Assembly (NCBI GenBank): GCA_963805975.1
Contig: CAWDVR010000001.1
Span: forward strand, 896,001-960,000
Direction: 5' to 3'
DNA length: 64,000 nucleotides
Source: an uncultured Acidobacteriota bacterium
GTDB taxonomy: Bacteria > Acidobacteriota > Thermoanaerobaculia > Multivoradales > SZUA-115
Made by a program: the position numbers and the translations under genes. Positions 30,862 through 38,737 of the stretch are shown here, one piece after another. Every line of letters begins with the position of its first letter. Within the stretch, counting starts at the first letter, position 1. Below the pieces are notes generated by a model. The model was not told the origin of the DNA and searched no databases. It worked only from the letters and a program-made list of their open reading frames with translations.

Positions 30862-33314
30862 TCCCGGCGCTCCTGGCGCACGCCGTCCACGCCCAGCCGG
30901 GCGTCGTACCTCGGCAGGCCGGCCAGCATCTCCCAGCCGTCCACCTCGGCGGCGCTCGGGTGGTAGACCAGGAGCGAACCGGCGCCGGTACCGGAGAGCG
31001 CGCCGGCGCCCGAGATCTTGGCGGCGCCGCCCTTGGCCTCGATCTCCGCCACCAGCTTCGCAACGGCCGGCGGCACCACGCCCAGCTCGACCAGGGCCGC
31101 GTGGTACTGGCGCAGCAGAGCGAGAGTGCGTTCCGGGTTCTCCTGCCGCCGGGCCAGCTCCTGGCGCAGGCCCCAGGTGGCGCGCTCCATGTGGTCGAAG
31201 AGATCCTCGTAGCGCAGCGGATCGGCGTCGATCTTGGCGCGCACCGCCGCCACCACGGCGCCGGTGGGCTCGTTCGGCGCGCCGGTCGAGAAGATCCGGA
31301 GGTTGGAGAGCAGGGGCGAGGTGGCCTCCAGGGTCTCGAGCTTCACGCCACCGCCCACGTCGCGCCGCGCCCAGAGCAGGCCGCCGTGGAGCACCGCCGC
31401 GTTGTCCACCCCCGAGGGCTGGCCGTGCTGGCGGCGCTCGGCCTCGAGCGACAGGCGGTAGATCTCGCCGGCCTCGGCACGGGCGCCGGCGTAGGTGAGG
31501 AGCGCGTCCACCACGGCCACGGCGGTGGCCGCCGAGCTGCCGAAGCCGGAGCCCACCGGGATCTGCGACTCCACCCGCAGACGGAAGCGGCGCGGCCGTG
31601 CCGCCAGGTGGGCGGCGGCCTCGCCGAGCGCCACCTTCACCACGTGCGCCGGGTCCTCGCCGCGCACTTTGCGGAAGGACTCCGGGCTCGGCCGGCGATG
31701 GTACTCGTCCCAGCTCGTGCGCACCGCCTCGCCGTAGGCCACGAGGTCGCCCCAGCCGACCTCCTCGTGGTGGCCGAGCTGAGGCAGGTCGATCTCGATC
31801 GGGCCCTCGCCCAAGAGCGGCTCGATCGACGCCGAGAGCCGCAGGTCGAGGGCCGCCACCAGTGCCGGCCGGCCGTAGACCACGGCGTGCTCGCCCATCA
31901 GGATCACCTTGCCGGGGGTCGAGACCACGGTCGGCTTGTAGGCCGCGGTGGCGGGCTGGCGGGCGAAGGCGGGCTCGACCGCCGGCGCGGCGGCCGTCTC
32001 CGTCTTGCCGCTCTCGGTGCGGCCGCGCCCCAGGCGCTCGTGGGCGCGCGCCAGGTCGCGCGAGGTGAAGGCGGCCATCAGCGACAGCTCGCCGGCGAGC
32101 ACGGCGGCGCCCAGGATCTCGGCCAGACGCATCACCGCGGCGCCGGGCCGCTCGGGGTCCGGCAGCGCGCCAAGGAGCGCCAGGGCCTCGCGCTGGGTGT
32201 CGAGCGCCGTACCGCCGCCCACCGCGCCGAGCGGCAGGTCGGGCAGGAAGATGGAGGCGTAGACCGAGCCGTTCTCCCGCTCCTCGACGCTGGTGATGCC
32301 CATCGAGCCGCCCACCACGTGGGCAATGTCCTGGCCGGTGGCGAGGAAGAAGGCCGCCACCACGTTGGCCATGTGGGCGTTGAAGCCTTGCGAGCCGGCG
32401 GCGATCGAGCCCAGCAGGTTCTTGCGGTACTGCACCTCGACCAGCGCGCGGGCGTCGGTCTTCAGGTACTTGGCCAGCACCTGGGCGTCGAGCACGGCCT
32501 CGGCGTGGATGCGCTTGCCGCGCCCTTCCTGGAAGTTGATGGCGGCGGGCTTCTTGTCCACGCAGTAGTTGCCCGAGAGGGCGATGCAGCGCACGCCGGT
32601 GCGCGGCACGATGAGCTCGGAGACCACGCGGTCGCAGGCGATGGTCGCCATGTTCATGCCCATGGCGTCGCCGGACTCCATGCGGAAGCGCAGGAAGACG
32701 GTGGTGCCGAAGGCGAAAGGCCGGATGTCGAGCAGCCGCAGGTAGCGGCTGGTGCCCTCGGCCACCTTGCGGATCTCCTCCTCGTGGGCGCGCACCCAGG
32801 CGAGGAGGGCGCGGGTCTCGCTGATGCCGGTGGTCTCGAACACCGGCGCCCGCGTCATGCCGATCTCCTCGACGTAGGCGAGCGCCCCCCCGGCCTCGCG
32901 CAGCGCCGTGCAACCGCGGTTGATCGAGGCCACGAGCGCGCCTTCGGTGGTGGCGAGCGGCACGAAGTACTCGCCGTTGGTGAACTCGCCGTGCACCTTG
33001 AGCGGGCCGACCACGCCCATCGGGATCTGCGCCACGCCGATGAAGTTCTCGCAGTGGCGGGTGGAGGCGCGCTCGGCGTCCAGCGAGTAGTGGCCCATGT
33101 GCTCGAGCAGGGCGCCCGAAGCTTCTTCGAGCGCCCTGCGGCGCACGGTGGCGGCCTCCTCGGCGGGCATCTCCTTGGGGAGCTGGTAGAAGCGCAGGTC
33201 GCCCCGTGCGAGAGCCTCGATCAGCTCGGCATGCTTTTCCGGCGGCGCCGCGGGCGAAGGCACCGCGGCGAGCGACCGTGGGCCGCGGTGGAGGTTCTTG
33301 GGAGGCTGGCTCAT
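30858..33314 (-). CDS. hmgA: Fusion of class I HMG-CoA reductase (N-terminal) and mevalonate kinase (C-terminal)
   Basis: HMGR motifs ENFIG, PLATTEGALVAS, GDAMGMNM, SGNYCVDKK and VGGGT; MVK motifs PGKVILMGEHAVVYG, PVGSGFGSSAA, HGQPSGVD and KISGAG. Confidence 0.92.
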   Translation of the reverse strand: MSQPPKNLHRGPRSLAAVPSPAAPPEKHAELIEALARGDLRFYQLPKEMPAEEAATVRRRALEEASGALLEHMGHYSLDAERASTRHCENFIGVAQIPMGVVGPLKVHGEFTNGEYFVPLATTEGALVASINRGCTALREAGGALAYVEEIGMTRAPVFETTGISETRALLAWVRAHEEEIRKVAEGTSRYLRLLDIRPFAFGTTVFLRFRMESGDAMGMNMATIACDRVVSELIVPRTGVRCIALSGNYCVDKKPAAINFQEGRGKRIHAEAVLDAQVLAKYLKTDARALVEVQYRKNLLGSIAAGSQGFNAHMANVVAAFFLATGQDIAHVVGGSMGITSVEERENGSVYASIFLPDLPLGAVGGGTALDTQREALALLGALPDPERPGAAVMRLAEILGAAVLAGELSLMAAFTSRDLARAHERLGRGRTESGKTETAAAPAVEPAFARQPATAAYKPTVVSTPGKVILMGEHAVVYGRPALVAALDLRLSASIEPLLGEGPIEIDLPQLGHHEEVGWGDLVAYGEAVRTSWDEYHRRPSPESFRKVRGEDPAHVVKVALGEAAAHLAARPRRFRLRVESQIPVGSGFGSSAATAVAVVDALLTYAGARAEAGEIYRLSLEAERRQHGQPSGVDNAAVLHGGLLWARRDVGGGVKLETLEATSPLLSNLRIFSTGAPNEPTGAVVAAVRAKIDADPLRYEDLFDHMERATWGLRQELARRQENPERTLALLRQYHAALVELGVVPPAVAKLVAEIEAKGGAAKISGAGALSGTGAGSLLVYHPSAAEVDGWEMLAGLPRYDARLGVDGVRQERRD

Positions 33315-34393
33315 GGGGGCGTTCTCCGTGCGCCGAGGGCTGGTGGGCCCGGCGGCGCCTTCTGCGGCTCGATCCGCGCCCGGGCGAGCTCCGAGAGGGA
33401 GCGCGCGCCGAGGCAGAACATGGCGATCTTGAGCTCGTGGACGAGCCGCTCGATGCGCTCGGCCACGTCGTCGGGGGAGCGCTGGGCGGCGGCCAGGAAG
33501 GGATAGGCGAGGCCCACCAGGTCGGCGCCCAGGGCGATGGCCTTGGCCACGTCCAGGCCGGAGCGGACGCCGCCGCTGCCGATCACGGTCACCCGCGGGA
33601 TGCGGCGCAGCTCGACGATCGACTGCGGCGTGGGGATGCCCCAGTCGGCGAACAGCTCGCCGAGCTCGAGGTCGCCCGAGCGGCTGGCCTCGATCCGCGC
33701 CCAGCTCGTGCCGCCGAGGCCGGCGGTGTCGAGGTGCACGATGCCGATGCCGGCGAGCGCCCTGCCGGTCGCCTCGGACATGCCGCAGCCCACCTCCTTG
33801 GCGATCACCGGCACGTCGAGCCCGCGCACCACGTCCGCCATCTTGGGCAGCAGGCCCTTGAAGTTCGTCTGGCCCTCGGGCTGCAGCGCCTCCTGCAACG
33901 GGTTCAGGTGCAGCGCCAGCGCGTCGGCCTCGATCATCGCCACGGCGCGGCGGCAGTGGTCGATGCCGAAGCCGTAGTTGAGCTGCACCGCCCCGAGGTT
34001 GCCCAGGAGCGCCGCCGTCGGCGCCACCTTGCGCACCTCGAAGCTCGCGGCCTGGGAGGGGTCCTCGATCGCCTTGCGCTGCGAGCCCACGCCGACCGCC
34101 ACCCCGGAGAGCTCGGCCCCGGCCGCCAGGTTCAGGTTGATCTGGTTGGCGATCGCCGTGCCTCCGGTCATGCAGGAGACCAGGATCGGCGCCGCCAGCC
34201 GCTTGCCGAGGAAGGTCATGGAGGTGTCGATCTCGGCGAGGTCGATCTCGGGGAGGGCCTGGTGCAGGAAGCGGTAGTCGTCGAAGTAGCTCGCCTCGAT
34301 CTGCATGCGGCGGTCGAGGGCGAGCGCGATGTGCTCGGCCTTGCGGTCGCGCTCGGTCTCCGGCGCCGGAACCGGCTGCTCCGGCCGGCTCAC
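33311..34393 (-). CDS. fni: Type 2 (FMN-dependent) isopentenyl-diphosphate isomerase
   Basis: RKAEHI, MTGG, VGSQR, HLNPLQE..QPEG, KEVGCG, GGTSW and SGGVRSGLD motifs. Confidence 0.95.
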   Translation of the reverse strand: MSRPEQPVPAPETERDRKAEHIALALDRRMQIEASYFDDYRFLHQALPEIDLAEIDTSMTFLGKRLAAPILVSCMTGGTAIANQINLNLAAGAELSGVAVGVGSQRKAIEDPSQAASFEVRKVAPTAALLGNLGAVQLNYGFGIDHCRRAVAMIEADALALHLNPLQEALQPEGQTNFKGLLPKMADVVRGLDVPVIAKEVGCGMSEATGRALAGIGIVHLDTAGLGGTSWARIEASRSGDLELGELFADWGIPTPQSIVELRRIPRVTVIGSGGVRSGLDVAKAIALGADLVGLAYPFLAAAQRSPDDVAERIERLVHELKIAMFCLGARSLSELARARIEPQKAPPGPPALGARRTPP

Positions 34394-35508
34394 GCCCGGC
34401 GCTCCCGCGAGAACTCGATCAGGCCTTCGAGAAAGGCGTGGCCCTCGTCGGCGGCGGGGGAGGCGGGGAGAGAGGCCTGGACCAGGGCCTCGCGCGCCGT
34501 CTCCAGGCGCTCGGCGACCATGGCCCGTACCCTGGCCGCGGCGCCGGTCGATTCGAGGATCTCGAGCGCCCACCGGCGGTCGGCGCCGGTGAGCGCCGCG
34601 TTGCCGCGCGCCGCCTCGAGCCAGGCGCGGTCGCCCGGGCTCGCCTGGCCGAGGGCGTGGTAGACGAGAAACGTGAACTTGCCCTCGGCGAGGTCGGCCC
34701 CCACCGGCTTGCCCACCGTCGCCGCGTCGCCGAACATGCCGAGGAGATCGTCCTGGAGCTGGAAGGCCTCGCCCACCGCGCGTCCGTAGCGGCCGAGGGC
34801 CGCGAGCTGGCGGGCGGACGCGCCGGCCAGGAGCGCCCCGAGCTCGATCGGCCGCTCGACGCTGTAGCGCCCTGACTTGAGGCGCAGCACGCGCAGCAGG
34901 TCGTCCTCGCTCGGCGCCCGGTCCACCCCGGCCAGGATCTCCAGGTACTGGCCGTGGATCACCTCCTGCGCCATGGCCGCGAACGAGCGCTCGACCGCCG
35001 CGCGGCGCTCGGCCGGCCCGTCCAGGCCGGCCGCGAGCTCGAAGGCGTAGCTCGCCGCGAGGTCGCCGACCAGGATGGCGATCGAGCGGCCGAAGTCGTC
35101 GGCCGCGCCGCGGAAGCCGCGCGCCGCGTGCAGCTCGCGGAACAAGGCGTGCGCCGTGGGCCGGCCGCGGCGCAGCTCGGCGTGGTCCATGATGTCGTCG
35201 TGGATCAGCAGGTAGGTGTGGAGCAGCTCCGCGGCGAGGGCGAGGGGCAGGGCCTCCTCGGCCGAGCGGCCGCCGCAGGCGAGGTAGGCGTGGTGCACCA
35301 GGGCCGGGCGCAACCGCTTGCCGCCGCTCTCCACCAGGCCGGTGAGCGCCTCCACCAGCTTCCGCGCCGCCGGCGCTTCGGCCTCTGCCGCGCGGGCCTT
35401 GGCTTCGAGGAGCCGCGCGAGCTCGCGGTCCACGGCTTCGCGGTAGCGCTCCAGGCGCTCGCCGAAGGGGACCAGCGTCGTAGGTTCCGTGGTGGGAAAG
35501 GCTTGCAT
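34390..35508 (-). CDS. Short-chain polyprenyl diphosphate synthase (GGPP synthase-like)
   Basis: GGKRLRP, YLLIHDDIMD..RRG (Tyr five residues before the first Asp-rich motif), FQLQDDLLG and DLAEGK. Confidence 0.92.
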   Translation of the reverse strand: MQAFPTTEPTTLVPFGERLERYREAVDRELARLLEAKARAAEAEAPAARKLVEALTGLVESGGKRLRPALVHHAYLACGGRSAEEALPLALAAELLHTYLLIHDDIMDHAELRRGRPTAHALFRELHAARGFRGAADDFGRSIAILVGDLAASYAFELAAGLDGPAERRAAVERSFAAMAQEVIHGQYLEILAGVDRAPSEDDLLRVLRLKSGRYSVERPIELGALLAGASARQLAALGRYGRAVGEAFQLQDDLLGMFGDAATVGKPVGADLAEGKFTFLVYHALGQASPGDRAWLEAARGNAALTGADRRWALEILESTGAAARVRAMVAERLETAREALVQASLPASPAADEGHAFLEGLIEFSRERRA

Positions 35509-35542
35509 GCTCGGGTCCGGCCGTCGCCGGCTGGACCGGCGG

Positions 35543-35551
35543 ATGATACCA
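35543..35551 (-). promoter_or_regulatory. Extended -10 promoter of the isoprenoid operon
   Basis: Minus-strand TGGTATCAT about 35 nt upstream of the ATG; the leader holds a GCGA-loop hairpin (35514-35537). Confidence 0.55.
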
Positions 35552-35702
35552 CTCGACCTAGGGCACTCGACCTCGGGGCGTCGTGCTGCCTCGGTGTGGG
35601 ACTTCCTGTCTCGATGCGGGTGGCCGGCGCACTCTAGAAGAGGGCGAAGGGCTCGATCGGACGCACGTCCCGCGGATCGAGCCCCACGGGATCGAGACAA
35701 CG

Positions 35703-36419
35703 ATGAGCGAAGTGGACGACATCCTAGGGGCGGCCGGCCGCGGCGACGCGGCGCGGGTGCGGGAGCTGCTGGCGGCGAACCGCGAGCTGGCGGACGCGAT
35801 CGGCAGCTATCACAAGACGCCGCTCCACCTTGCGGCCGAGAAGGACCACCGCGAGATCGCCGAGGCACTGCTCGAAGCCGGCGCGCGGCTCGAGGTCGAG
35901 ACCACCTGGGGGATGACGCCCCTCGAATGGGCGGCCAACATGAACAGCCAATCCGTGGGCCGGGCGCTGATCGGCGCCGGTGCTCACCTCCACCTGTGGG
36001 CCGCGGCCGGGCTCGGCATGCTCGAGGCGGTCGAGGGCCTCTTCTCGACCGACGGCCACCCGCGGGCGGCGGCCTTCAAGCCCGAGCACCGCCAGCAGCT
36101 CGACGGAAGCTGGGCCGACGACCCGGCGGACTACGACGAGAGCGAGCTGGTCTCCGACAGCTTCTACATCGCCTGCCGCAACGGCCACACCGCGGTCGCC
36201 CGCTTCCTGCTCGGCAAGGGCGCCGACATCGACCACCGCGGTTTCTGGGGCGGCACCGGCCTGCACTGGGCGGCGGCCGGGGGCCATCTCGAGACTGTGC
36301 GCTTCCTGGTCGAGAACGGCGCCCGCCAGGATCTGCTCGACGAGCAGCACCACGCGACACCCTACAACTGGGCGGCCAACTTCGACCATCGCGAGGTGAT
36401 GGAGCAGCTCGCCGGCTGA
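35703..36419 (+). CDS. Ankyrin repeat protein
   Basis: TPLHLAA, TPLEWAA, TGLHWAAAGGH and TPYNWAA repeats. Confidence 0.9.
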   Translation: MSEVDDILGAAGRGDAARVRELLAANRELADAIGSYHKTPLHLAAEKDHREIAEALLEAGARLEVETTWGMTPLEWAANMNSQSVGRALIGAGAHLHLWAAAGLGMLEAVEGLFSTDGHPRAAAFKPEHRQQLDGSWADDPADYDESELVSDSFYIACRNGHTAVARFLLGKGADIDHRGFWGGTGLHWAAAGGHLETVRFLVENGARQDLLDEQHHATPYNWAANFDHREVMEQLAG

Positions 36420-36447
36420 CCTCGGTGTCGTAGAGTCGGCACCCTTC

Positions 36448-37146
36448 ATGAGTGCCGAACCCCCGGAAACCGGGCCGCTCACGCGTGAGCTGTTGTCCCG
36501 CCTCTCGCCGGAGGAAGCGGCGGCCCGGCTGCGCCGCGAGGTCGAAGGCCTGAGCCTCGCCGAGCGCTTCCGGCTGCTGCACGAGCTGGGGCTTTACCAC
36601 GCCGAGAGCCAGTCGGGCGAGGGCTCGTCGCTCGCGGAGACGAGAGCCCTGCGCGCGGCTCTGCCGGGCCTCCTGGCGCGCTACGAGATCGAGAGCCTTC
36701 TCGACCTGCCCTGCGGCGACTTCTTCTGGATGCGGACCGTGGACCTGACGGGAATCGACTACCTGGGCGCCGACATCGTGCCCGAGATCGTGGCCGCCAA
36801 CGAGGAGCGCTTCGGCACGCCGGGCCGCCGGTTTCGGGTGCTCGACGCCGCCGCCGACTCTCTGCCCGCCGTCGACCTGATCCTCTGCCGCGACCTCCTG
36901 ATCCACCTGAGCCTGGGCGACATCGCGCGGGTGTTGGCAGGCTTCGCGGCAAGCGGCTCGCGTCTGCTGCTCACCACCCACTTCGCCGGCTGCGAGGAGA
37001 ACGCGGAGATCGTCTCCGGTGACTTCCGGCCGGTCAACCTCTGTGCCTCGCCCTTCGGCTGGCCGCCACCGCTGGCGGTGATCGACGAAGAGAGCCGCAT
37101 GGCAGGCGGCGCCGGGCGGGGGTTGGGCTTGTGGAGACTGAGGTGA
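36448..37146 (+). CDS. Class I SAM-dependent methyltransferase
   Basis: SGEGS, LLDLPCGDF, YLGADIV and DLILCRD motifs. Confidence 0.85.
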   Translation: MSAEPPETGPLTRELLSRLSPEEAAARLRREVEGLSLAERFRLLHELGLYHAESQSGEGSSLAETRALRAALPGLLARYEIESLLDLPCGDFFWMRTVDLTGIDYLGADIVPEIVAANEERFGTPGRRFRVLDAAADSLPAVDLILCRDLLIHLSLGDIARVLAGFAASGSRLLLTTHFAGCEENAEIVSGDFRPVNLCASPFGWPPPLAVIDEESRMAGGAGRGLGLWRLR

Positions 37147-37157
37147 GCCGGGCCGGC

Positions 37158-37187
37158 CCTCCGGCCGCTGTCGAGGGCGGCCGGAGG
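37158..37187. terminator. GC-rich hairpin between convergent genes, possible bidirectional terminator
   Basis: 11-bp stem CCTCCGGCCGC / GCGGCCGGAGG; no U-tract. Confidence 0.4.
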
Positions 37188-37207
37188 ATCGGTTGGGGAA
37201 GCCGCCG

Positions 37208-37669
37208 TCAGAACCAGAGCAACGTGCAGGTGCGGGTGCAGCCGTCCGAGCAGCTCTGGAAGCGGATGTTGAGTCCGCTGTTGGTCACGCGGGTGAAGGT
37301 GCACTGCGGCCCGGAGGGGTTGATGGTGAACTCCCAGTCGGTCGCGAAGTGGATCGGCTCCGGGTCGTGCGGACCCTGGCGGTAGCGGTCGACGGCCTTG
37401 GCGAAGGTGAACTTCCGGTTGTCCCAGTAGGTGGTGCCGTTGGGCCGCAGAGCCTCGAAGTACTCGATGCCGCGCTGCATGTCCTCCCAGCTCATCGCCG
37501 GGTTGACGTCGAACACCGAGTAGCCGTAGTTCTTGGCCGGGGCGCAGGGGCCGGTGTAGGAACAGAGGTAGGTCGCGCCGTCGATCGCCTTCATGTGCTC
37601 GGCGTGGGCGGGTACGGCCTGGGCGGCGAACGCGATCGTCAGGGCCGCGAGCAGCAGGGTCTTGCGCAT
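37208..37669 (-). CDS. Small secreted Cys-containing hypothetical protein
   Basis: MRKTLLLAALTIAFAAQAVPAHA signal peptide; AAGGAG RBS; six Cys in the mature part. Confidence 0.8.
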   Translation of the reverse strand: MRKTLLLAALTIAFAAQAVPAHAEHMKAIDGATYLCSYTGPCAPAKNYGYSVFDVNPAMSWEDMQRGIEYFEALRPNGTTYWDNRKFTFAKAVDRYRQGPHDPEPIHFATDWEFTINPSGPQCTFTRVTNSGLNIRFQSCSDGCTRTCTLLWF

Positions 37670-37768
37670 GGTCTCTTCTCCTTGCCACGGAGTGGCGTTT
37701 CGAGCGCGCGGCGGCTCGGGGAAACGTCCTCCGTCCGCTCGCGTCGTTTCGTGATGCCGGCTTCCATG

Positions 37769-37813
37769 GCAAGGCGGTTGCCAAGGCATATCGCGATTAG
37801 AATCAGTATGTTG
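37769..37813 (-). promoter_or_regulatory. Sigma54 -24/-12 promoter with an upstream IHF site
   Basis: Minus-strand TGGCAACCGCCTTGC (37769-37783); AATCAGTATGTTG (37801-37813) matches WATCARNNNNTTR. Confidence 0.7.
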
Positions 37814-37913
37814 ATGGAAATACGCTCCCGCGGCTGAGACTCCGACCGGGGGCTGGCGAGGCGCCAGTCCCGCGCCCGGGATTGGAGCCCCGAGGCGCGG
37901 GCGGCGAGGTGGC

Positions 37914-38603
37914 TCAGTGCACCGGGATGCCGATACGCTCCATCTCGGCGACGTCGTCCGGGTTCGGGGTCCGGTGCGTGCCGCGGATGTAGTCGGCGCC
38001 GAGGAAGAGGTTGTAGCAGGAGTCCTCGTAGCGGTGGTGGAGGAAGTGATTGCGCGTCATGGCGCGGCCGTAGGGGGTGCTGATCAGCCAGGAGATCCAG
38101 CCCGGGGCCTCGCGGCGGGCGCGTTCGTGCGGCATGTGCAGAAAGGGGTGGACCCAGTTGCTGAGGATCGGCGGGCCCCCAAGGGTGACCAGGGCGCCGG
38201 TCGCGACCCAGGCGCCGAACGCCAGGTAGATCAGCGGCCAGGAGGCGACGAGAGGAGCGATGAAGGTCAGGGCGCCGCCGCCCTGGAGCTTGACCGCGTA
38301 CTGCGCCTTCTTGATCAGCTCGCCGTGGTGCCCGTGCTTGGCGAGCATCTTGTCGAGGTTCTCCTTTTCCTGCGCCGAGGAGAACTGGGTGACGTGGTCG
38401 GTGCGGAACGTGCGGACGTGGTGGACGACGTGATGGGAGAAGTACGTGCCCAGGAGCTGGCTGAAGAGCTTGGGGTGCTTCTTCCAGAACAGGCGGTAGC
38501 GGTTGGGGGCGTCCGAGATGTTCTGATGGGCCACCGATTCGATGAACGAGGCCACGACATAGCCCAAGGCCAGTCCGGCCAGGATGCGCAGAGCGATCTC
38601 CAT
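37914..38603 (-). CDS. His-box membrane protein (fatty acid hydroxylase / sterol desaturase superfamily-like)
   Basis: TM helices with ESVAHQ, SHHVVHH, VHPFLH and NHFLHH. Confidence 0.7.
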   Translation of the reverse strand: MEIALRILAGLALGYVVASFIESVAHQNISDAPNRYRLFWKKHPKLFSQLLGTYFSHHVVHHVRTFRTDHVTQFSSAQEKENLDKMLAKHGHHGELIKKAQYAVKLQGGGALTFIAPLVASWPLIYLAFGAWVATGALVTLGGPPILSNWVHPFLHMPHERARREAPGWISWLISTPYGRAMTRNHFLHHRYEDSCYNLFLGADYIRGTHRTPNPDDVAEMERIGIPVH

Positions 38604-38640
38604 GGCGACTCCTTATGCAATCTAATAATGAGACGCCCGT

Positions 38641-38669
38641 ATTTTAAGACCATCGATAAGTCATGTCAA
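38641..38669 (-). promoter_or_regulatory. Near-consensus sigma70 promoter
   Basis: Minus-strand TTGACA-17 bp-TAAAAT; AAGGAG RBS before the ATG at 38603. Confidence 0.8.
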
Positions 38670-38737
38670 TTGGCGAAACCGTCCCGGGAAGAGGGCTACC
38701 AGCGGCTACCCGGGCTCTTTGCTATCCTCGAAAACCT

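Noticed and set aside
29863-32913. 1016-aa ORF suggesting a larger decarboxylase fusion
   Set aside because: Upstream of TTG 30861 it is an off-frame shadow of HMGR-MVK; the TTGA overlap marks a separate gene.
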